10,225 nucleotides of DNA from a bacterium (GTDB taxonomy: Bacteria; Zhuqueibacterota; Zhuqueibacteria; Oceanimicrobiales; Oceanimicrobiaceae): the NCBI GenBank assembly GCA_046757165.1, contig JBHHXT010000178.1, positions 1-10,225 on the forward strand. The letters are read 5' to 3'. A program made the position numbers and the translations under genes. Below, one piece after another: positions 1 to 7,900 of the stretch. Position 1 is the stretch's first letter; each line of letters begins with the position of its first letter. The notes beneath the pieces are model-generated. The model searched no databases, was not told the origin of the DNA, and worked only from the letters and a program-made list of their open reading frames with translations.

Positions 1-65
1 AAGTTCGAACACTAAATGCCGATGTTCAAAACAGGACGAATTGACACCTGCACCGAACCAGCGCC

Positions 66-70
66 GGGAG
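66..70 (+). promoter_or_regulatory. Shine-Dalgarno site of the barrel gene
   Basis: GGGAG, 4 nt upstream of ATG 75. Spacing is short but similar to that at gene 2. Confidence 0.5.
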
Positions 71-74
71 AGCC

Positions 75-134
75 ATGAAACATCGATTGACTGTAGTGCT
101 GCTTCTTTCCATTCTTGCCATCAACCTGCACGCA
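75..134 (+). other. Sec/SPI signal peptide of the barrel (20 aa), mature N-terminus Gln
   Basis: Basic N-region MKHR, hydrophobic core LTVVLLLSILAI, cleavage site L-H-A followed by Q (CAG 135-137). No lipobox Cys. Confidence 0.8.
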
Positions 135-1532
135 CAGGGCGACAGCGAGCTGCGATATTTCCGGGGGGGGAAATACGAATCAACGGTTTCATTTTCAAAT
201 GCGCTTTTTTATGGGATTGGTTCGCGCGTCGGCGGCATGGGGGGCGACTACGGCGGGCTGGTCCGCGGCAGCGAAAGTCTGCTGTGGAACCCGGCCAACC
301 TGGCCTCTATTCGGCGCTCAGAGCTCACGCTCGATTTCAAACCCCGCGTGCTGCTGGATGCGGCAAGTTTCGTCGATATCGATGCCGAAGTGCGGTCCGC
401 GGTGGATGATGGCATCGAAGATTCCAAGGGGCCAAACTTTACGATGAGCGACGGAGATTATCCGGATGTGGGCGTGCGGTTCGGGGAGAAAGGTTCGTTC
501 GGAACGGGTAGCTTCGCGTTTCGCGGCAGCGGATTTACCGTGGCGGGCGCCCTGCATCAGCCGTTCAGCCTTTCGTTTGATTTGCTGGGCTCGGGTTTTG
601 AAGTGCAGATGGTAACCATCGACGAAGAAGATCCCACCAAAGAAGTTACCTTCTTCAGCAGCGTCGACATGAATGTCCACGCGCGGTTGCGGATTCAGGG
701 CGCCAGCGTCGGCGTCGGCAAAATGCTCACACCAAAGTGGAGCGTCGGGCTGGCGGTGGACCGGCTTTCTGGCGTGGCGGAGACGCGTGCCCGGTTCCAG
801 GTGGAGGGTATCATGGTTGTGGCCGGCAACGAGCGCGCCTTCAACGATCCGAATGATCCGTGGCAGAACAATTTGCACTCGAGCATTTTCGGTAAGTACA
901 AAGGCAACAGCACGGCCCTGCGGCTGGGCACGACCTACCAACTCGGTCGAAATTGGGGAGTTGGCGCGGCCCTGGTCTACTATCAACCATTGAAACTGTC
1001 CGGCAACCTGGACGAACGAAAGTACTCGCTGGAGGGGCTCAACCTCGACGCGGAAGCCGATGAAGACCTCCTGGACATCACCGAAATCGACCTCGATGAG
1101 CCCACCCGCACCGTCATGGAAGAGCCGGCAACCGCGGAGCTCCTGGAGATCAAATTCCCAAACTCCCTGGGTGTTGGAATCAGCGGCAAGGCCGGCTTCC
1201 TGGGACTGGCCCTGAACTACACGCACTACTTGGGAGAATGGTCCTACCGCTTCGATGTGCTGGATGATGGCAAGCTCGAAGTCAACACCAAAGGCCTGAG
1301 CATGGAATACGCCATCCGCCTCGGGTTTGACTTCAACATTCTGCAACTGGGCGCCGGGTTTGCCACCGGAACCATCATCGACGAAGGCGGAGACTCACAC
1401 GGCAAGGCGGCCTTTGTGCCCATGCTGTCGCTGGGCACAGGATTCAGAGTCAACAAATCAATTAGCGCTGACGTGCTTATTCTTGGCATCCCTTCAGGAG
1501 TTGGCAAGGTTACGCTGCACTACAATTTGTAG
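75..1532 (+). CDS. Outer-membrane beta-barrel protein, FadL/Toluene_X superfamily, PorV-like (putative T9SS cargo shuttle/anchor)
   Basis: 485-aa ORF with ATG preceded by GGGAG (66-70). Sec signal peptide MKHRLTVVLLLSILAINLHA|Q. N-terminal 'GSRVGGMGG...SLLWNPANLA' matches the FadL/PorV hatch pattern (GxRxxxMGG...WNPA; WNPA at 285-296). Many amphipathic Gly/aromatic beta-strands (KWSVGLAVD, LRLGTTYQLGRNWGVGAALVY, LSLGTGFRV). C-terminal strand KVTLHYNL has Tyr at -3, like a beta-signal. Barrel/FadL-like call is strong; PorV-specific function is inferred from the neighbouring T9SS-type cargo. Confidence 0.78.
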   Translation: MKHRLTVVLLLSILAINLHAQGDSELRYFRGGKYESTVSFSNALFYGIGSRVGGMGGDYGGLVRGSESLLWNPANLASIRRSELTLDFKPRVLLDAASFVDIDAEVRSAVDDGIEDSKGPNFTMSDGDYPDVGVRFGEKGSFGTGSFAFRGSGFTVAGALHQPFSLSFDLLGSGFEVQMVTIDEEDPTKEVTFFSSVDMNVHARLRIQGASVGVGKMLTPKWSVGLAVDRLSGVAETRARFQVEGIMVVAGNERAFNDPNDPWQNNLHSSIFGKYKGNSTALRLGTTYQLGRNWGVGAALVYYQPLKLSGNLDERKYSLEGLNLDAEADEDLLDITEIDLDEPTRTVMEEPATAELLEIKFPNSLGVGISGKAGFLGLALNYTHYLGEWSYRFDVLDDGKLEVNTKGLSMEYAIRLGFDFNILQLGAGFATGTIIDEGGDSHGKAAFVPMLSLGTGFRVNKSISADVLILGIPSGVGKVTLHYNL

Positions 1533-1588
1533 CGGAGATGCCGGGCGCCAGCCTTGTGGCCCGACACGTCCGAATGGAACCGCAACAC

Positions 1589-1625
1589 GGTTGTACACCA
1601 CAGCCCAGTCGCGGGGTGTACAACC
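1589..1625. repeat. Perfect 11-bp inverted repeat (hairpin A)
   Basis: GGTTGTACACC (1589-1599) and its reverse complement GGTGTACAACC (1615-1625), with a 15-nt spacer. Confidence 0.9.
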
Positions 1626-1653
1626 CCTACAGGGTTGTTTTCATACACCTTTT
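1615..1653 (+). terminator. Possible weak or conditional intrinsic terminator (hairpin B) downstream of the barrel gene
   Basis: ACAACCC (1620-1626) / CTACA loop / GGGTTGT (1632-1638) followed by TTT. It can extend by pairing GGTGTA (1615-1620) with TACACC (1644-1649) across a bulge, followed by TTTT (1650-1653). The U-tracts are short, so terminator function is uncertain. Confidence 0.35.
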
Positions 1654-1801
1654 CCCTAGACCCGGGGTTTCGCATTCGCTCAACCCTGGGCTGTGCTGTT
1701 GGACGCTTTCAGCGTCACCTGTTTCCGATTGCCCACTTTTTACATTTACCCAATATCCCTCGGTAACTCAATAAAATCTGCCGATCTCTCAAAACAACCC
1801 T
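1631..1801. repeat. Long-range perfect 11-bp inverted repeat bracketing a 171-bp segment
   Basis: AGGGTTGTTTT (1631-1641) and AAAACAACCCT (1791-1801) are exact reverse complements. Confidence 0.85.
1661..1690 (+). repeat. 9-bp stem-loop (hairpin C) with one G-U pair
   Basis: CCCGGGGTT (1661-1669) pairs with AACCCTGGG (1682-1690), with a G1664-U1687 wobble and a 12-nt loop. Confidence 0.7.
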
Positions 1802-1839
1802 TGATTAAGCGGTATTTGCTCACAAATCTAACGAAACAC

Positions 1840-1845
1840 GGAGGT
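1840..1845 (+). promoter_or_regulatory. Shine-Dalgarno site of the giant surface protein gene
   Basis: GGAGGT directly upstream of ATG 1849, preceded by A-rich sequence (acaaatctaacgaaacac). Confidence 0.75.
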
Positions 1846-1848
1846 TTC

Positions 1849-1920
1849 ATGTCGGTGTTAAGGCATGGATGGAGACTCATCAGTCTTCTGCTCTGCATTG
1901 CCGCGGGCAGCGTGCAGGCC
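1849..1920 (+). other. Sec/SPI signal peptide of the giant protein (24 aa), mature N-terminus Gln
   Basis: MSVLRHGWR-LISLLLCIAAGS-VQA|Q: basic N-region, hydrophobic core, V-X-A cleavage site, then CAG at 1921. Confidence 0.8.
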
Positions 1921-4900
1921 CAGGTCGTAGCGGTCAACAAGGGGCTTCTCAAAAGTCCAGCAAACCTGAGCGCGGATTTGGTGCTCACCGAAGTGCCCCT
2001 CGGTCTCGTCGGCATCCAGGATGTTGCGATAGTCAAATGGACGCCGGCCTCGTCCGGAGCGCTGCGCTACACGGCTGTTCCCGGAGGCGGCAATCCGGCC
2101 AATTATCCGCTGGAGCTGGAGGGCTCGGCGCTGAGCGTCAACACTGGCGGCGAAATTCAGTTTCTTGGCGAGAAGCTGCCGGCCGGAATCCATTACTGCA
2201 TCATTGTCAGCGGCAGCGACAATTCCACGGAATTCGTCGTGGTCCGGGAAGCCGAGGTTTCTCCACGCATGATCAGTCCGCGCAGCGCACGTGGAGAGCC
2301 CGGCATCAACACCAACAGTCCGACTTTCACCTGGGAGGAAGTCAACGGCGTTCCGTTCTACCATGTTTTGCTTTCGGACCAGCCGTTTACGGTCACCGAG
2401 GATGAGGAGGGCAACACGCAAACAGAGGGCGCCAACATCATCTGGCAAGCGATCACGCCGGCAACATCTATCCCGTATGGCACGCCGGACCCGTCCGGAT
2501 TCTTCACCATTACGGACCCGCCGCCCCTGGTCAAGGGCGTTCGCTACAACTGGATCGTCGTCAACAACTACGGCAACAATCCTGCGCTGACCTCGAGCGT
2601 TTCCAGCGGACCGAGCGGATTCGAGGTCGATGTGGCGCCGCCGTTCGAGGCGCCCACGCCAATTCACCCAGCGCACGGATCAACCATCACCGATGATCTG
2701 ATCACCTTTCAATGGAGCGCCGTCGAAGGCGCTTCGCTTTACCACATCTATCTGTCGCGGCTGGAAGAGCTGAGTGGCAGCGAGGCCCTGCTGCCCATCT
2801 GGGACGGCGTCACCTCCAACACGCTCTATGATGTCTCCTCCGGCGTGCTGCAGCAAGAGGGGTTCTACTACTGGAAAGTCCTGGCACAAAACGAAAGCGG
2901 CAACGGCGCCATGACCGACACGACCCGATTTTTCTTCGCAACACGTTCGGCCCGTGTTAACTTTTACACGGTAGATCTACAAGGCGCGACCGTCCCGCGC
3001 TCAACGCTAACCCTGGAATCGGTCAGCCGCGGAACCACACCCACGGTCCTGCCAACTGATTCTGACGGCTGGATCGACCGGCTGCTGCCGCTGGGCTCTT
3101 ATCAGATAACCGCTGCCAAAGAAGGCTTCGAGGACACGACCATCGTTTTTGACCTGCAGATCGAAAACGAGATTCGCAATCTCAGCATCCCCATGCGCCA
3201 GAGTCCGTCGAGCATCTATGGCAGCACGAAAGACGCCAGCCAGAACGCTCTCGGATTCGTGACCATCCGGGCTGTCTCGCAAACCAGCGGAGAAACCAAA
3301 GAGACAACCTCAGACATCAACGGCAATTTTTCACTTGGACTCTCCAGCGACAACTGGCAGTTCAGCGCCGCGAAGAGCGGCTACCAGTCCGCCGCCACGC
3401 GCTCATTGTTTCTCAGCCCCGGAGTCGATCTCAATCTGGATGAGAGCGGCAACGGCGGTCCGTTTGTTCTGACCAGAAATACCTTCACGCTCAGCGGTTC
3501 CGTGGTGACGCCTTCCGGAGAGGCCATCTGGGGGGCGAGCGTTTTGGTGACGCAAAGCAGTGAGCAAGAGCAAGCGGTGTCCAACGCTCAGGGACAATAC
3601 TCGGTGACGCTGGCGACTGGCGACTGGACAGTCACCGTCAGCAAAGATGGCTATGTCAGCCCCCAGCCGCAAACGCTCACCATCATCGACCACAATGTGA
3701 CAGAGAATTTGACCCTGACTGCGCAGGCGAATATTATTTCGGGCACGATTACGAGTGAGGGTGTGGCTCTGGAAAATGCCGAGGTGCGTGCCAGCCCGAA
3801 CTCAGGGCAGACGGTGACCGCCATCACCGACGCGCTGGGACAATACACACTCAGTTTGGGGCGCGGCAGCTACCAGATTGCCCCGCAAAAAACCGGCTAC
3901 ATCTCGCCAGACCCAAGCCAGTTTGCCCTCGATGTCGGTCAGACGCTATCGGGTGTGGATTTTGCCATGCAGCCCGAAAACAGTTTTGTCACCGGAGAAG
4001 TCACAAGCGACGGCGTTACCCCGTTGGCAGGAGTCACCGTAAGCAACGGCTCGGAGAGTGCCAGCACGGGTTCAAACGGGCGCTACACCCTGGGTGTCTT
4101 GCACGGGACATATACGCTTTCAGCTGCCAAACAGGGCTACCTTGCCAGCCAGGAGCAAACCGTGACCCTCACTCCGGGACAAACCCTCGGGGGCATCGAT
4201 TTCCTGCTGACGCCAAACGCCAGCGTCCTGACCGGGAATGTCACGAGCGGCAGCTTGCCGGTGAGCGGGACGCGTGTCACGGCACGCAATTTGAGTACCG
4301 GGGTTCAAAATCAGGTGGAGACAGACCCGCAGGGCGGGTTCTCGTTGAGCGTGACTTCCGGAACGTACAGCTTGATAGCCAGCAAGACGGGCTTCCTGTC
4401 AAATCCGGATTCCATTGTCGTGGCCGTCAACCCGGGTCAGACCATGCCCAACAACGACTTCAGCTTTGTCGAGAATGTGAGTCATGTCTCCGGCCTGGTG
4501 AAGAGTGGCTCGGCGCCCCTGCGCAATGCGACGGTGGTGGTCACCGCGGTTGGCGCATCCGAAAATGTTTTCTCGACTGTCACCGGGGTGGACGGAAGCT
4601 TCAACTTGTCGGTGTTGCCGGATTTTTCATACAGCGTGACCGCCTCCCGGTCCGGGTATTTCGAGCAGAGAGAAACCACAGCCACGCTGGCCGCCGGGCA
4701 GACGGAAAATGTGGTGCTGGCGCTTGCGCCACACCAGAGTATCATTTCCGGAACGGTGACTGCCCAGGGCGGCGGTGTGCTTGCCGGCGTAACCGTGCAG
4801 GCGTCTGACGGTTCAACCGCCTTCTCGGCAATCTCCGGCGCGACGGGCGCCTACACCCTGGGCATCGACGCGGGAACCTTCGAGGTGACCGCACAGAAGT

Positions 4901-7900
4901 CCGGCTATCTGCCCGCAACCCGGTCGTTGACCGTCGGCGTTGGAGACACGACTTCAAACGCGAATTTCTCGCTCGCTGCCAATTTCGCAGCGTTGGATGG
5001 CGTTATCACGGATGCGGCCACGGGAGTGCCGGTTGCGGCTGCTTTGGTAGTCGCTACCGAAACGAGTACACAGAATGGCGGCTCGAATAACACGGGTTCT
5101 CAGGGGCACTATCTGATTCAGAATCTGCCGGCCGGCGTTTACAGCTTGACCGTCACGCATGCATCCTACCTGACGGCCAGAGTGGAGAACCAGGTCTTTG
5201 CCGGCGGGTCCGCGAATCGAATCGATCTGGCGCTCACACCGAAGAACGGCCGAATTGCAGGCCAGGTGACCTCCGGAGGCGCCGGAATTGGCGGGGTCAC
5301 CGTGACCTGCTCAATCGCCGGGGTCACGAATTCAACGGTGACGGCCTCGGATGGCAGCTACGCCCTCAACAATCTCTCGCCCGCCGAGTATACGGTGCAG
5401 GCCAGCCTGTCCGGGCACACCAGCAGCGCCTCCGCTACAACCGAAGTGCAGGCGAACGCTACTGCCACCGCCGACTTTACGGTGACGCCGAACGAGGGCA
5501 CAATCTCCGGATCGGTGCGTGAAAACCAGACCGGCATTGGTGGTGCACAGGTGGTTGCGGCTGGTGATGCCGGCAACTCAGGATTCACCACCACCGCCGC
5601 TGACGGCAGCTACTCGATCTCCAATCTGGCTGCCGACCTCTACCGTGTGCATGTCAACCTTGACCGTTACGCCAGCACGCCCGACACGGCAACCGTGCAA
5701 CTCGATCCCGGGACGACGGTGAGCCAGGATTTCACCGTGGTCAGGAGCGAGGTGCAAGTTTCTGGTAACGTCAGGAACCAGGCAGGGACCGCCATGGCCG
5801 GCATCGTCGTCGTGGGCGAGTCGTCAAAGGGACGTTCTCAAACGACAACCGATGCGAACGGCGCTTTTACGCTGACCAACCTTCCCGGCAATGCGCAGTA
5901 CCAGATCAGGACCGACATTTTTGAGGAGGGATTCGAAAATGGCGAAACCGTGCTCGAGGTGCAGAGCGCCGATCTCTCCGGAGTGACGCTGACCGTAGGC
6001 ATGCGAACGGCCAAGATACGCGGGCAGGTCGGCGTCGGCCAGGCGACGCTCACCGCACACCATCCCGTGCGCGGCCTGACATTCTCCGCAACTTCGCAAC
6101 CGGACGGCAGTTACTTGTTCAAGAATCTGTTTGACGGCGACTATCAGCTCTCCATCTCCAAAGTCGGCTACAAGGCCACGCCTGCTGAAAGATCCGTCGC
6201 CAGTCTCGGTATCGGAGAGGAACGCACCGGCGTCAATTTCGTGCTGGAGGAAATCAAAGTCAATCTTTCAGGGGTTGTTCGGGATGGGAACGGCAATGCT
6301 CTGGCAAATGTCGAGGTGCTGGCGTGGTCCGCGGAGGCGCAAGCAACGGCCACCACCGGCAGCGACGGGCGCTACGCCATAATGGGTTTGCCGCCCAACT
6401 TGACATACATTGTTGAAACAAAACTCTCTGATCTGGATTACGAAAACGCCTCGACCGCCGCCAGCGTGGGAGAAACAGATCTTGCCGGGCAGGATCTCAC
6501 GGTGGCAGTGCATAGCAGCGCGATTCAGGGCACGGCGACCCGGGATAGTGGCGAGCCTGTGGCCAACGCGCTGGTGACGATTGTGGAGCTCGATTCCACC
6601 ACCTACACAGACAGCAACGGAAGCTACGCCTTTTACCACCTGTACAGCGGAACCTACACGCTGACTATCAGCAAGGAGGGGTTCGTCGATATTCCGCCCG
6701 CCACCGTGGTGGTGGCGCAGTCCGGGACCGCGACGCAGGATTTCCGGGGACTTACCCCCTTGACCAGCGCCATCTTCGGTATTGTCAGCGACGATGACGG
6801 GCGATTGCAGGATGTGATTGTCACGGTGACCGACGAGAACACCGGTCAGGTCGCGCGCCTCGACACCACGGACTCCGGCGGAATCTACAGCTTCCAGAAC
6901 CTCGAGGCCGGCGAACTTTACACCGTGGAAACAAACCGAAAAGGCTACGCCACGGAATCCAGTTCCAACCTCAGTCTGGCTGGCGGTTCCGTCACGGCTG
7001 ATTTTCTCTTGAGGCCGGTTGCAAATTCCATATTTGGCCTGGTGCGCAACAAAGAAACGAATGAGATTGTCAGGGACGCAGGGGTTACCGTCAACGGCCT
7101 GGCGGGCGGCGTCTGGAGTGACAGCACCGACGCGTTTGGGATTTTCTCCGTCGCCGGCCTTCTGGCCGGCACCTATTCGGTGGTTGCGGAACGCGACGAC
7201 CTCATCAGTTCATCGCAAACGGTCGAGCTGGCAGCCGGCGGTGCAAGGAAGCTGGCCATGGTGCTGGAGAACCCGGGGTCAATTGAAGGGACGGTGACCT
7301 ACCTCGGCAGTGGCCGGGCCGGAGCAAACATTACGGCCTCGAATCCGCTTTCCGGAGCTGTTGTCACCACAACTAGCGGCGTGGATGGCGGTTACCGTAT
7401 TCGTGGCTTGCTCAATGGTGAATACACGGTATCTTGCGTGGTTCCGGGTTTCTCGGCCGAACCCTCGCCACAAACCGTTATGGTCACCTCCGGGGCTGCT
7501 TCCAGCGCCGATTTCACTTTGACGGCGGAGAACAATGCCATCATCGGCACGGTGACCGACGCGAAATCTGGTCTGGTTTCCGGCGCCAAAATTCTTGTCA
7601 CCGGCACCGCGGTTCGGGACAGCAGCAGCTCTGACCTGAATGGCCAATTTCAGGTCACGGACCTGCCGGACGGCAGTTATCAGGTCGAGGCCAGCCTGCC
7701 GGGCTACACCGCACCCCCAGCAGAGACCGTGCAGCTTGTCGGCGGCCAGCCGGCCATTGTCGATATCCAGCTCACCGCCATTCAAAACAGCATCTCCGGA
7801 TTTGTCAAAAACGATGTCACCAGCGCAGGCGTACCCGGTGCGACGGTTACGGCCACGCTTGCAGGGGGCGCTGCGTTCACCGACACCAGCGCTGCTGACG

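Noticed and set aside
1..27. GTTCGAAC palindrome and GAACA-N11-TGTTC dyad as a LexA-type box; possible end of an upstream gene (AAG TTC GAA CAC TAA, 1-15)
   Set aside because: The spacing does not match GAAC-N4-GTTC or GTTC-N7-GTTC, and there is too little upstream sequence to call a CDS.
41..46. Perfect -35 hexamer TTGACA upstream of the barrel gene
   Set aside because: The position 16-18 bp downstream is GC-rich (CCGGGA) with no -10 element, and it would leave almost no room for a leader.
318..1346. 342-aa antisense ORF, and other long antisense ORFs (1858-2676, 7279-8019, 9802-10212)
   Set aside because: They lie wholly or almost wholly opposite well-supported genes and have no recognisable motifs. 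Such shadow ORFs are expected in GC-rich coding DNA.
1538..1774. Small intergenic ORFs 1538-1774 (78 aa) and 1554-1766 (70 aa) as genes or leader peptides
   Set aside because: No convincing RBS spacing, no recognisable protein features or amino-acid runs typical of attenuator peptides, and they overlap the hairpin-rich region. They cannot be fully excluded without ribosome profiling.
1729..1830. A specific sigma70 or Bacteroidota-type promoter for gene 2
   Set aside because: The region is AT-rich and has TAAAAT (1772-1777) and TTGATT (1801-1806), but no properly spaced -35/-10 pair or TAnnTTTG element was found, so no promoter was called.
1693..1848. 52-codon N-terminal extension of the giant ORF from GTG 1693
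   Set aside because: No SD at 1693, the region is AT-rich and unlike the coding sequence, and the extension would bury the signal peptide. ATG 1849 has GGAGGT and starts a typical signal peptide.
1533..1848. Known riboswitch (c-di-GMP, cobalamin, TPP, SAM), tRNA or CRISPR array
   Set aside because: I recognised no conserved aptamer motifs, cloverleaf or regularly spaced direct repeats. An Rfam scan would be needed to exclude them formally.
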